A stretch of DNA of 63,748 nt, counting the filler, from Intoshia linei (taxonomy: Eukaryota > Animalia > Orthonectida): assembly GCA_001642005.1 (NCBI GenBank). It is 5 parts of 5 records of this genome, joined end to end, with 100 filler letters (N's around TTAATTAATTAA, not from the genome) between each part and the next. Parts side by side here need not be neighbours in the genome. Positions count along the whole stretch, not along the records: positions 1 to 31,962 come from LWCA01000334.1; positions 32,063 to 52,936 come from LWCA01000670.1; 3 more parts are not named here. One strand, written 5' to 3'. Positions within the stretch are counted from its first letter, which is position 1; each line of letters opens with the position of its first letter. The translations under genes were made by a program, and so were the position numbers. Shown here one piece after another: positions 24,901 to 38,348 of the stretch. A model generated the notes under the pieces. The model was not told the DNA's origin. It was given only the letters and a program-made list of their open reading frames with translations, and did not search any database.

Positions 24901-27900
24901 AATAACGAAATTTTTAAATTTTATTATCAAATCTGAAACGTACATGACATATTTATAACTTACAATGATATCAGACATAAAGAGACTACATTTTATATGT
25001 AAGTAAGGAATGTAAATTATACTTGACTTATATTATAAATTATAAATATATTTACATATTATATATATATTACATGTATATATATACATATTATATTAAT
25101 AATATTAATTATAATTTATCATATAAAAATGCATTACCATTTTCTTTTTCAAAGTTTTCATTTGCTTTTTCCTTCAATGCTTGATCTCTTGCAATTTTTA
25201 AAATACTCACACATGCTGTTAATCTCCAATCCTCTACATTTTGAATTATATAATAATAGTAAAAAATTATTATAATATTATCGTACAATGTACATATCAT
25301 TTATACAATAAAATTCATTATACAGTATAATGCTTGATCATATCATGAATTGTTACGAAATTATAAAAATATGTAAAATAATTTTACCAATAAAACTAAT
25401 TTTTTCCCCTTCGTGGTTTAATCGATAACATCTTGGATGAAAACTATTTTGGTGTTCATTGAACCAAACTAATTCTCTTAAATTGACGCATAATCCAACT
25501 TTTGTTGTAAAAGCAGATGATTTCGAATAATGATTTATATATTGATCCTTTTGCATGTTTCTAATATCGAACGATTCTCTTTTAACAGTCCATATAAAAT
25601 ATGGTATGCAATGCTTTGTCATTCGAGACTAATTTAACAAATAATTATGAGATTTATTTTAGGAAAAGTATACATGTATTACAAAGAGTATATTTTACAG
25701 TGGACAAATGCGGAACCTATCGTAACGAGGCCCCTTTTCGGGGACCTCGATGAAATTTTTGTAAAATGGCGGTCTAATTTTAGTAACTGAGCATTAAAAA
25801 TTATGTTCTTGATTATGGTAACTACCGTATTTTATGTTTTATATGTAAAATGTCAATTAAAGAGCCTTAAAAAGATGGCTAGGGTTATATGACTCCTTGA
25901 TAATTGTTTTATCGTTTGTTAAAGATTTTTCGTCTATTTTTTATTTTCGGTTGTGGCCTCGAGATGGATAGGTTAGACTCTGTAGAGGGCCCTATCAAAT
26001 TGACTATAACCATAGAACGACTACATTTTACTATCAATAATTAAAAATGTATCAATTTTCCTTTGAAAATAATGTAAAGTGTACACTTTAAAGATTTTCT
26101 AAAGTTATAAAATTACGACAAGATCATATAAATTTTCGTCTTGAGCTAATATATGACTATTTTTTTTGGTTGGAGATTCAGGTAAATCGTTTATGCTGTC
26201 AAATTCATTTTTGATTTGTTTTTTACCTAAAATTCAAATATTACAAAATAATTACTTATAGTACATTTTTAAACTAAAACAGTATTATCGGTACACCAAT
26301 GCAAGGCTTAACGACGAGGAAATAGTTTTTTAAACTTAAAACAAAAATCCGGCCAGATCGACTTAAACGTTGAAAAATTTTGACTTTAATGATTTACTCA
26401 AACATAACTTTTATAAATTATAAATTAGTTTAGTTAAAAATGCACGTCTGTTTATTTACTTCTTTATCTGTCTGTTCCAGTTTATATCAGAAACCCCAAT
26501 TATCCTGTTTTTTAAAATTCAAACGGTTCCAAGAATTATAAAAAATACATGTTTTAATTTTAATCTGATAAAAATTTTAAAATCATCAATACGATGATAA
26601 ATTTCGAAATGAAAATCTTATATCTTCACGGTCAAACCACAAATTACCATTTTTGCTAAAAATGAAAATAGTCTTAGAATTTTAAAAACAATTATAGTTG
26701 CTACACTTATATCCCGTTAACACACACACAAAAATTTTCAATCTGGAAAAGTCCCGCCTTCACAGTCAAAAAAGCACTTTAGTATTAATTTTTTTTTCAA
26801 AACTATTTTATTAAAACAATAAATTTGAAATAATTAACGGTTCTAAAATTAAAAAAAATAATTATTGTGATACAGCTTATTCCATTTGATATAGATACTA
26901 AGTTTCAACACCAGAAATATACGGATTCCCGGTAAAAAATAATTTTTAATATATTATTAACCAATATTTTTCAAATGTTAAAATTAAAATTAAAAAGTAA
27001 ATATTCATCTTACAATTTCAAAAAAAATATAATTGAACGTCTACAGTGTAGACTACACATTTCCAATAAAGAGATATGGGTAAAAATCTCATAAAATGAT
27101 TCTTTCAGTTTGTTTATTGCTACGCAATTATTCATCTTGAAATTCTCATTTTAAAATTGAAATAATTTAAAATTACTTTTTACTAAAACTATAACAACAA
27201 ATTACTACAAACTACAGCTTTGTTATTGTCATTTTTATATTTATTACATTGTTGCTAAAATTCATCCGAAATATGTTTTAAAGTGCTTATTTCGTTAATT
27301 ATTGATACAAAATACTTTTACTCATGGTAATACCATACCGTAAATTTTAGATTTTTGGATATTGCACGGCATATTATTGGGTTTAATTAAAGTTTGAGCA
27401 CGTTTAATTCTAATTTCATAAGGTCTTTGATATGATGGCTTCCTCATAACTTCTATCCAGCCTCGATTTTTCAAAGCTTCTCGAATCATGGGGTAAGATC
27501 CAATCAAGGTAAATAGCCTTCTTTCCTATTAAATATTAATTAAGTTTAAAACTAAAAAAATAAAACGTTTATTTAATAATTAGATCAGGTTCATGTGAAA
27601 GTAATAGCCCGACTACACAGATTAGTCGGTTTTAATTAATTTTTTCCACCGTTCTCGCCAGTGTTTAATTTTCTCATTCTTTTTTACTTTGTGAAAATGT
27701 GTTAATAATAAAAAATAAACTGCACCGCAAAACTATGTGCAAATTCCAAATTTTGCCATTAAATATATTTATATTATTCTAAATTAACTCTTATCATGAC
27801 ATGTTAGTATGACGTTGAATCTTAACTAATATGCAAAATTTCGTCACATTTTATAATGTAATTAATTAAATAATTAACAATTCAATTTTACAGTCTAAAA

Positions 27901-29776
27901 TTTATGTCGCAAAACTATGTGAAATTATATTTTTTAATTGAGTTTACTATCATAGAAACTTATTTTTAAAATGTTAAAACGTGGTAACTTATGATCGTAG
28001 TTTGAACAAGGTGTAACACAATCTCTTACCTAAGAAAAGGTACCTATTGGCCAAATTGCAGATAGATTAGGAAGATCATATAACTGCATAAAAAATTACC
28101 TTCTGAGAAGTAAGCCTCTCACTCGTGGAGGTGGAGGACCTCAATTATTGGATAATAGAACAAAAAGGCATATCTGCCTTGAACTTATAAAAGATGATTC
28201 TCCTACTGCAGCACGTTTAATAGCTGATTTGAATCTCAATGTCTCAAAAGATACGGTGTACAGGTAATATATATATATATAATTATATTATCAAAAAATT
28301 TTAGATTTTTGGCTAAAAATGGTTAAAAATATGTCCCATATTTTGGAGCACCATTATTGTCACCACTTAATATAAAGAATAGATTAAAATGGGCAAAGGA
28401 AACGCTATTAAAATTAACAACAAAAAAATTGAACTTGTAACAGGTAACATTCTCAGACAAAAAGAGATTTTTACGCGACGGTCCGGATGGATGTCGAAAA
28501 TATTGGGTAAAACACAATGAGATTTGACAATGTTTCGGAAAAAACTATTTTCGAAAAGCATTGTGGTATGGGCAGGAATAAGATTAAACGGTATTACATC
28601 TATTTATTGTACTGACCAAAATGTAAATTCAGATGTATATATAGACATATTGACCAATACCTATCTTCTTTTTTATCAAAACGATTTTATATTGATTATG
28701 GACAACGCCAGGCCTCATGTTTCAAAAAAAAGTATGGGGTTTATACGTGAAAATAACATGCAAGTTCTTGATTAGCCACCATACAGTCCTGATTGCAATC
28801 CCATTGAGATTCTTTGGGCTATAATAATTCGTCAACTATACCCTGGAACTAAAGTGTATCATAATAATATCGAATTAAAGGCAGAAATTAAATGTATATG
28901 GGATGCCCTTGACATACAGGAAATAAAAAAATTGGTAGAATCATTTCCCTCAAGATTGGTCGAAGTGTTAGAAGCAACAGGAAGAAATATAAATAAGTAT
29001 TAAAATTGTGGTTATATATAAATAAATTACCTTTTTTGTATCTTTTATGCGTTTTTCACATAGTTTGAGACACATATTTCAAAGTTTAAATTTTAATTGT
29101 TAGTTATTTAGTTAATTTATTGATGGAATTTCTCGAAATTTTTAATACAAGTTAATAATCAGTATTATATTAAGATGTAAATCAAAATATATAATTATAA
29201 GTTTAATAAATATATTTAATTGCAAAAATTGGATTTTGCACATAGTTTTGCAGTGCAGTTTATTTTAAAAATATTGTCAAAAAATATTTATTTTACACTC
29301 GGAGGATATGGATATCATTGGATTGTAATCCCATCAAGATACATAAATTTTTACCTTCTTATGCTTTGTATAATCAAAAAATAGTCTTTTAAACTGTATA
29401 ACAAGCGCTCATAAAAAATTTCTATTTTAGTAGATTTTTAGTGTCATTTCTTATTTATTTATTTTCATCAACCCCAATATTTTACCGATCATAACTTAAT
29501 GACTAACTTATATATTACTTATGATGATATTTATTCATACTTCAATACTTCACGATAAAGATGAAAATCATTTAATTGTATTACTTTTTACCTTGATAAC
29601 CTGTTCAGACAATTTTTTAGCAATTTGTATTTTTTCAAGGGAAATTGGTTTTTCGTTGCACAATATTGTACTATTTCTAATAATTATTTTTTCTTTCGAT
29701 TTAATTCCATCTTCAATGTTTATCAGTGATTTAGAATTTCTTTTTAATTTTCCAATTTTACGTGGAATTATAACTA
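15911..29776 (-). CDS. TTLL3: Tubulin monoglycylase of the TTLL3/TTLL8 family, multi-exon with a long Lys/Asn-rich C-terminal tail; 5' end uncertain
   Basis: [15 protein letters not shown]; [17 protein letters not shown]; HPRCYRL; [14 protein letters not shown]; [19 protein letters not shown]...YLRFSS; HLTNNAIQ; [10 protein letters not shown]; WLIEINSSP; TGGFEL. The last exon ends at TGA 15913-15911. Confidence 0.92.
18620..18889. mobile_element. Solo Tc1-type IR/DR terminal repeat
   Basis: Two GGTGCCTAAGA(C/T)TTAT direct repeats about 195 bp apart, ending ...TACTG-TA; a related copy lies at 56950-57163. Confidence 0.6.
19036..19578. mobile_element. pogo/Tigger-like MITE
   Basis: TA-CAGTCTATGTCCTTATTAA ... 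TTAATAAGGACTTAG inverted ends with subterminal TTAACGGAA repeats; a related end lies at 62175-62229. Confidence 0.6.
21905..22607 (-). mobile_element. Non-autonomous Helitron, 5' half, inside a TTLL intron
   Basis: A|TCCTTACTTATATA at 22607 on the minus strand; family core blocks; internal tandem duplication of about 50 bp at 22100-22200. Confidence 0.75.
22975..23430. repeat. About 30-bp minisatellite with a 90-bp higher-order unit
   Basis: TGGATTTT/TTGATTTT recurs about every 30 nt; 23216-23305 is near-identical to 23306-23375 and similar to 23096-23165. Confidence 0.85.
23515..24090 (+). mobile_element. Tc1-family transposase C-terminal fragment (pseudogene)
   Basis: [50 protein letters not shown]. 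Confidence 0.85.
25698..25982. mobile_element. pogo-like MITE
   Basis: TA-CAG...AACCTATC..CGAGGCC and GGCCTCGAG..GATAGGTT...CTG-TA imperfect inverted ends. Confidence 0.5.
26440..27310 (+). mobile_element. Non-autonomous Helitron, internal part
   Basis: Colinear with 11500-12180. Confidence 0.75.
27718..29260 (+). mobile_element. Full-length Tc3/Tc1-like DD34E transposon, inactive, inside a TTLL intron
   Basis: TA TSD; TIRs AACTGCAC(C/T)GCAAAACTATGTGCAAA with an inner direct repeat about 190 bp in. Transposase from about 27970 with a mini-intron at about 28264-28304; [24 protein letters not shown]-34aa-E ([11 protein letters not shown]); contains stops and frameshifts. Confidence 0.92.
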
Positions 29777-31304
29777 AACAAAAATGTAAAATAAAATACA
29801 AAAAATTAAATTCTATTTATTGTGGCATGAAACGTTTACACATTAAACATCTGATAAAAAAAAATAAATGAAGTTGTATCTACATTTGGATTAATGCAGA
29901 CCATATTTGAATATGTAATTTATGTTTCATTTTTTTATAAATGCGTTTTTGATCATGTAAAACGTATGCTTTAGGAGTGACAAAATGCAAAAAATAATGT
30001 AAATTGCACAATCTACAATATAGATTCTACATTTTACTTCTTTGTTAATAAAAATTTGTCATTTCCCATATTTACATGCAAAATTTGTGTATTTTATTTA
30101 TATTTATAAATAATCACCAGAATTTTGATAAATTTCTTTAATCCCAGAGAGATTTGTAGTAGAGGTCATTTAATTAACTTAAAAAAGAAGTTTTATAAAT
30201 TGTGTGTTTTTCTTTATGAATCGCCATAAATGGAATAAACAATTTCAAAAAATAATCGATTCAAAGGTTAAGATTGCAGGTATACTACTTGATATTGATA
30301 TTATTTTAAATAGGTTACATTATTGTTTCCATTTAACACTAGAACTGAGGCATTGGCAATATTTTAATTTTCAATTAAAAAATTCAGTTTTTTTATAAAA
30401 ACGATTACACTGATTTTACAAACTAGGTAGTAACTACAAAATTGCACAGGATACCTTGAAATTTGAATAATCCATGTCATTCAATATAATATACTTTTGT
30501 TTTAATTGATTAATTTATATGAAAAAGCATTCTTACCAATAATAGCAATGGTATGAATATTAAAAATAAATTCAATTGTACCTTTAATACCATTATTATT
30601 ATTAGTATTAAAAGTATACGAATAAATTCAAATTGGGACTGTAGATTGTAAACAACTTATTTACTACAAGCCATGTTCCACATAATTTTTCAATATTTAT
30701 TTTTTAAATGTACACAATTTATGTGTTTTTTATTGTGTTAGTTATTGTTTATTAATTGTCATTTTTACATTTATTCTTGTAAAATATTCATATGCTAGTT
30801 ATTTAATGCATACAAATAATAATTATCACTTTATTAATTGTATGCTTAAAAATACAAATTTTCATAGTTAATTGTTTTGATTCGTTTAATATTATTTACA
30901 GTTGGTAACAAATGCTAATTATTATGATTATCATATAAAGGTCAAGGGTCATGTTTTAGTATTTTAACGCACACATGCAATTTTTTCAATTTTTAAGTTT
31001 ATATTGATATCGACGTTTCAGAAACAAAATTTGGTGTGAATTACTAATGTTTACAATTAGATTATAATACAGTATTCTCTCTATAACTCGCAATTCTTGG
31101 GATTTAGAAAAAGTTGACGAGATAGAGAATTTAAAACTATAGAAACAGTAGGTAAAACCTTTAAATTAAAGGTTGAATTGCAATAAAATGAATATTGTAA
31201 TACAAATTGTAAAATTTAATACAAAATAACTTAACTTATTTTGAAAAATGGTTTTAAAATTTTTAGTTTATATTTTAAAGAATTGGCGAGTTTTATATTC
31301 TATC

Positions 31305-31690
31305 TAGCTTGACTAGCACCTAGCTTTGCCGAGGGCACATTTTTATTATACCAAAAAAATAAATTCATGTTGAAAATCTAACTTAAAAATCCACTATTCA
31401 CTATTATGAATTTTTTAAAGGAGTGGTTCCCAAATTTGATTCAGGTGGAACTATCATATCACATTACTTTTTACTTTTAAGTGAATTATTCCATCTTAAT
31501 TTTTTGTTTGTTAACATTTGCGTAAAGAATTTTAAAAACAATTTTTTATCCCATTTTTTAATTTATTAGAAAGAATGTGTGTATAATAGTAAAAATAAAG
31601 TAATAACAGTCCAATCCTAAAAATTGTCATAAATAGCATCAATTCTAAAAAAAATAAAATTATAAAAACCTATTTTGTCATTTTCAATGT
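31305..31690 (-). mobile_element. Non-autonomous Helitron, 3' part
   Basis: Reverse complement of 12255-12620. Confidence 0.75.
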
Positions 31691-31962
31691 AATGACTAGG
31701 GCAAGCATAAGTTAATAAAGTTAATTTTTGATATGTTAATTGGTTTCAAATTTCAAACATGGTGGTACCAAAATTATCCATATTAATTGACTAATTAAAA
31801 AAATTTTAGGTTAATAAAGTTACAATTTTTCTTCATAAGTTACATTTTTTATATGAAGTTATAAAATTACATTTTGAAATATTTAATTGTTACACGTGCA
31901 TTTTATTCTAAATTTTACTGATTACGATTTGTTATAAAGGTAATATTATGTTACTTTTTGTA

Positions 31963-32062
31963 NNNNNNNNNNNNNNNNNNNNNNNNNNNNNNNNNNNNNN
32001 NNNNNNTTAATTAATTAANNNNNNNNNNNNNNNNNNNNNNNNNNNNNNNNNNNNNNNNNNNN
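31963..32062. other. Assembly gap with an artificial TTAATTAATTAA linker (also 52937-53036, 56645-56744, 62095-62174)
   Basis: Identical N-run / six-frame-stop 12-mer / N-run structure occurs four times. Confidence 0.95.
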
Positions 32063-32064
32063 TA

Positions 32065-33222
32065 AAAAAATATATACGCTGATACGGATTTTAAAATCAT
32101 AAACATTATCATAAATATTATCATAAATTTAAATTTAAAAAAATATCTTTAGGGTCAAAACCTCAAATTACCCTTCTTTTTTTTAATGTAAACAGCCCTA
32201 GAATTTAACAAATTTACAGGTGGTACAGTTGTATCCTGTTAACACACACAAAAAAATTCAATCCGAATAAGTGATGACTTCACGGTCAAAAAAGCATTTT
32301 AGTATGCACATATTTTTTTTTCAAAATATTCTATTAAAACAAAGAATCAAAAATAATTAAATGTCCGAAAATTAAAAAAAAGATAATTCTGATAGAGCTT
32401 ATTCCAGTTAATATAAATACAAAGGTTCAACCCGAGAAATCTACGCATTCCCGATAAAAAATAATTTTTAATATATTATCAACCAATATTTAGATATGAT
32501 ATTTTTAAATATTTCGAATAAAAATTGAAAATGTAAATATTGATCCTACAATTAAAAAAAATGTGCAGAACGTCTACACATTTACAATAAAGAAATATGG
32601 GTGGAAATCTATATAATTGATTCCTTCGCAATTTTTAAATTTCAAATTCTTACTTGCATTAAAATTTAAACAAAAACGAAACTAAAAGTAATACACTTTG
32701 TTAATATCATTTTTATATTTATTACAATCCTTTGCAATATTGGTAAAATTATCCTTAAATATGTTTATTAAGTGTTTATTTATATAGTGTTTATTATTCG
32801 GTTAATTATTGATACATAATTGGTATTTTTAAGTATTTAGAAAATTGGTACTGACATATACTGTGAATATATACATATTATATTATATGTATCATCATAT
32901 TGAAAATGACAAAATAGGTTTTTATAATTTTATTTTTTCTGGAATTTATGATTTTTTAGGATTGGACTGTTTTGACTTTATTTTTAAATGTTAACAAACA
33001 AAAAATTAAGATGAAATAATTCACTTTAAAGTAAAAAGTAATGTGATATGATGGTTCCACCCGAAACAAATTTGGGAAACACTCTTTTAAAAGATTGATA
33101 ATAGTGAACAGTAGGATTTTATAGTTAGATTTTCAATGTGAATTTATTTTTTAAGTATAATAAAAATGTGCCATCGGCAGAGCTAGGTCCTGTTTATACT
33201 TTGTACATAACAGTCAACCTAA
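32065..33222 (+). mobile_element. Non-autonomous Helitron, near full length (5' end in gap)
   Basis: Colinear with 11420-12654; ends ACAGTCAACCTAA|T (CTRR). Confidence 0.8.
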
Positions 33223-33234
33223 TATAGTATATAA

Positions 33235-33660
33235 AAGAGCTGCTCAACTATTGACTCATTTTCAAAAATTTGCTCATTGAGCAACACGAAAAAGCTCATT
33301 TTTAATTTGAACAAAAATCATATTTCAAATTGAAATGTCATTGTAAATAATTGTATAATTGAGTACATGTAATTCTATGACTTTGATTAGAAGCAAGCTT
33401 ATTATTTTTTGAGCTCACATTGCCCGTTGAGCATTTCAAATGAAATGTGAAATTATTAATACTAAAATTACTTTAATTTTGAAAATTTTAAAGCCAAAAA
33501 TTAAATTATAGCTAACAAGTACAATAATAGTTTTAGTAAGTAGAAATAAAATTAGCTTAGTTATAATGTCAAATGATGATACAAAATCACGTGTGAGAAT
33601 AATATAGTAAACTATTATTACTCAACTTGCTCATTTCAAAATTTGACATGAGCAGCACTG
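33235..33660. mobile_element. hAT MITE
   Basis: Perfect 8-bp TSD GTATATAA; TIRs AAGAGCTGCTCA and TGAGCAGCACTG; subterminal GCTCA/TGAGC repeats. Confidence 0.85.
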
Positions 33661-34531
33661 GTATATAACATTGTAAATATTCTTTAACATTTATCCTAAA
33701 AAAATGAAATTTTATACAAAAATTTAGTAAAATTGTACAATTTTGGTTATATTTTATTATAATACATTCTACACAGTATTATAATGATTTTTGTAATTGT
33801 TTGAAAGGATATATTATATCGATAGTTAATTGTCGTTTATCGATTTTATTTGATAATTTGAATAGTTTGCACCCTTAATTAATTGATAATTTCAATTAGT
33901 ACACACGTTAAACTGTATTATCACACGTTCTAAGAAAATTCGATAAATACACAATGATTTAATGTAGTGCATACATAATTTTAGCAACGAGTTAAACTTT
34001 AACTTAAAGTCTACTAAATGACTACAATTGACACATATTCATTTCCATAAACAATTAAATTACTAATTGCTCACACTGTGCACTGATGGATATGCTTAAT
34101 CAAATATTAATCCGTTAATACATTGGATAATAATAATTAATAAATTACGTTTATTAGATACTTAAAATTTGAGTCATAACGTGGCAATAAACATGTACTA
34201 ATAACAATATTCTTGTAGACTGTTTGTCAACATTTCATTAACGCTATACATGTATATTGGAAACTGGATAAAGACACAATTTCATTGCTAAATTAATTTG
34301 CATATTAATGCAATGGAAATCGCAAATTAGCAACGATATAACATAGACTACATCTTGTCTTTAATTGTATGGTTCATATTACGCTGTTTTGTAAATATTT
34401 TTAAAATTTGTCAATTGATTATAACTAAAATTATATTGTTATTTCATATCTGTTACATTTTAATATAGTTGAATTGCTGATATCAAATATCAAATAATAC
34501 AATAATATTTGATTTTAATTCCCCAGACAGA

Positions 34532-37500
34532 ATGTGCAGTATAGCAACTGGTAGAACTATTTTATGTCTTTTTAATTTCATTTTTTGGGTAATATTTATA
34601 TTATATTTATATTATTATGTATTTACGTTAAATTAAATAATATACATAATCTAGAATCTAGATTGTTTTTGTTTACACAATCAATGTAATAATGACATCT
34701 AATTAATATAAAAAATAAATGTATCTAAATGCAATCCTGAATCCATAAACTACTTTTATCTTGTTCAAATAAAATTCATTTGCATTTTTTTTAACTTTTT
34801 GATTTAATGAAATGAATGCCAAAAATTAAAATTGCGCCAAATAAAACAGGTAATATTAATGCATTAACATTTGCCATGTGTAGAAATTTAAAAATAAATT
34901 TGAAATACTTGGCGCAATATTTTCACAGGTAATATTTATCTGACATTATACCATTTTAGTTTTTACCTCGCCATTATAATGTACCATTTATTAATCGTTT
35001 GTATTTAATATTTTTTAAGGTTACTGGACTATCATTGATAGTTTTGGGTATATGGATAAGCATAGACAATTCACTGCTGCATTATTTCTTTAATATTCAC
35101 TTTACGTATACCGATTCTATAATATATTGGTCAGCCCTCATTCTTTCAATTGTTGGCGTATTCATCTTTATTATTGCTTTTATTGGATGCTGTGGGGTCG
35201 TTCAGACTAGTAGAATAATGTTATTGTTGGTAAATTGTAATTTAATACTAATTGTAATGTTTTAATTTTTAGTACTCAACAATAATTATTATTTTAATTA
35301 TTGCCAAAATCGTTCTTATTATTTTTGCAGTTGTATATTATGATCAGGTAATTTTAAAGTTGATATTTTGCATAGATTTGAAATGCACTCGTCGTTTTAA
35401 ACACAGAAATAAAAGTTGCAATTTTTTTTATGTACCCTTAAAGTTACTAAGGTACTAAGTTTTTTAAAACTCTATTCAACATTTTTAATGAAAATTTTAA
35501 ATATGAATGAATTGGAATCGATAAAAGGCAGTTTTTATATGTTAACCCATATACTCCCAGTGTGACCATATGGTTACACAACATTAAATTTATAAAAACA
35601 CGTGTCAAATTGAAACAAAGTTAATTAAATATGAAAAATAGTGGTCCAAAATAGTTTTTCAAAGCATAAAAAAAATTCACTGAAAAAATTTTTTATATTT
35701 TTTTTGTTAAAGTTGTGATAATGAAATTTAATGAATACCATATGATGAATTCATGTATGGGCTACAATTTGATGAAATAATTAGGTATATTGACATGCGG
35801 TTTTATATATACACGCTTTTATTTGCCTTATTCTCCCAATGTGAACATATGGAATGTGAAATAACTCCATAACTACAATTGGTAATTACCTAAAATTATA
35901 TATGGTGAAAAATAGGCAAGTATGTATTAACTTCCCAAATTTTTGGAACACTTTGTCTGGGAGTATATGGGTTAAAATGTTTCATTAGATTAAACTTTCA
36001 TTCGGCAATTTGATGTCAAAGTATATCAGGACAGAATACAAGGTACAAGGTGAATACATGAAAGAAATAACTAATGTACACTTGAGTACTTGGGATTTGA
36101 TTCAAATCAAGGTACATTTATGAATAAAATGTATTTCCATTTTCTACATGTAGCTGGAATGTTGTGGGGATATTGATTCAAACATATACGAAGGAAGTAT
36201 TTGGCAAAATATGACAAAAGTTTAAATTTTATTTATATTTCTGCAGTCCAATTTTTTATCTAACTAATCCGATAATCTAAATATAATGTAGATATATATA
36301 ATTCATATTATGCGGTCCCTTTATATTACTGATAATATTTGTATTCATAATATAAACCTCATAAGAAATGGTGCATTTTGGATTATAATATATTTGTAAT
36401 TAAAAATTTTTAGGAAATTGAACCACGAATATCGGTACCACTATCCTGCTGTACTTTACCTGAAAATATGGCTCTTGATAAACTTTCAATATCTTCTCCT
36501 TTAAACTATCAATTGTGTCAAAGTGAAGTTAAAACAAAATCGGAATTAAATTATGTTCATAAAAAGGTAAATATATTTACATTATCATACTTAAATTCAG
36601 TGATCCCAACATTTAGCTTAATAGGGACCAGTAATTTAACATTAAATTTAGCCTCCACTCAAAATATAATTTAAAAAAAAACACAGTATCAAAATATAAT
36701 TAACCAGTTTGACTGTTTTGTACTACATAACAAACAGCACCTAGTTCTGGGGCCGAGGGCGGAATTATCTAATTTTAACATTAAAATTTTAAATTTAATC
36801 TAACATGATTCATTACCAATTTAATAAATAATTAAAAATACCAATTTTGTATCAATAATTAACGGGAATCAGCAGTTTAAAAACATATTTTGGATGAATT
36901 TTACCAACATTGCAAAGCATTGTAATAAATAAAAAAAATGATAATAACAAAGTTGTAATTTTAGTTGTAGTTTTAAAATAAATTTCGTTAAATTTTTTGA
37001 AAATGAGTATTTCAGAATGAAAAACAGCAGAGCAATGAAAAAAAATTCGAAGGAATAAATTATATAGATTTTCACGCATATTTATTTATTGGAAAGGTTC
37101 AGACGTTCAATGCACATTTTTTTTAAAATTGTACGATCAATATTTACATTTTCAATTTTTATTTTACAATTTACAATGTTAATGGAAATATTTGAAAAAT
37201 ATTGGTTGATAATATATTAAAAATTATTTTTCACGGGGAATGCCTAGATTTCTCGGGTTGAACTTTTGTATTTATATTAACTCGAATAAGTTCTATCAGA
37301 ATAATCTTGTAAGGATATTGAGTCAATTAGTTTAAACAATTTATTATAGTTCATACAAATTTAATTATAGTTAAAGTATAATTTAAGTTTCTTCAATTTT
37401 GTTTGTCAATAGAATGGTGTTGCCTGATTGGTTTCCTAGGATTAAGTTTATTTACTGGTTTGGCTGTGATGTTGGTAATATTATTACTAATTTTCTTTTT

Positions 37501-38348
37501 TTTTATTTTTAGATCGTTAATTATTTTACATTTTTTTTTTATAAAATATTTCGGAAAAAAAAATATATAAATACTAAAATGCTTTTTTGACCGTGAAGGC
37601 GTCACTTATTCGGATTGAAATTTTCTCTGTGTGGTAACAGGATACAACTGTACCACCTGTAAATTTTTTTAAATTCTAGGGCTGTTTTCTTAAAAAAAGG
37701 GTAATTTGGGGTTTTGGCCCTGAAGATATATTTTTTTAAATTCTCAAACTCGTTTGATTTTCAAAAAAAAGGACAATTTAGGTTTTTGACCTGTAAGATG
37801 TGAGTTTCGAAGGTTGAAATTTATCTTACTTTCACCCGGAAAACACTGTAATAGACATGTGGACGTTATACATTTCTAAGACTTTTAGTTGTTGAAATAA
37901 ACGATAACACACAAAACTCAAACAAAGAATTTTATATAAGTAAGGATATATTAATTTTTTGAGTTCATTGTTCAATAATATATTTTCCAACGGACTCGAC
38001 TGTTTTGTGTCAGGACCTACACGTGGGAACTGCTATTTATAGTTATTATTAGTACTATTATACTTATACTATTAGTACTTATATAGTAGTATTATTATTA
38101 GTACATAATGTATTACATTGATAAACTTTTTTTTATTAGGGTTGTAATGACGCTGTTGCTGAATGGATTAGCCAAAATCGTACATTGATAATTGCGACTC
38201 TATGTGGAATATTCTTTATCGAAGTAAATTTAATTGATAAATTCATATTTAATTTAATACAATTACATTATAATTATATTTGTAGATTATTAACCTGATA
38301 TACGCCTGTTTTCTTAATAGAATTAATAACCCAAAAGAATACTTTTAA
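34532..38348 (+). CDS. Tetraspanin, 8 exons, about 276 aa
   Basis: Exons 34532-34588, 35020-35229, 35273-35347, 35989-36111, 36154-36219, 36414-36566, 38140-38223, 38286-38348. FNFIFW, FIGCCG, CCG, PLSCC and GC motifs; four hydrophobic helices. Confidence 0.95.
35546..35971. mobile_element. piggyBac-type MITE in tetraspanin intron 3
   Basis: TTAA on both sides; perfect 15-bp TIR CCCATATACTCCCAG. Confidence 0.9.
36704..37946 (-). mobile_element. Non-autonomous Helitron with both ends, in tetraspanin intron 6
   Basis: Minus strand A|TCCTTACTTATATA ... hairpin ... CTGG|T. Confidence 0.8.

Noticed and set aside
32007-32018. Palindromic TTAATTAATTAA between N runs
   Set aside because: Artificial six-frame-stop linker from assembly.
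36852-37605. Short ORFs within the repeat (also 11389, 42486, 42546)
   Set aside because: Fall in non-autonomous Helitron copies; frames are not conserved between copies.
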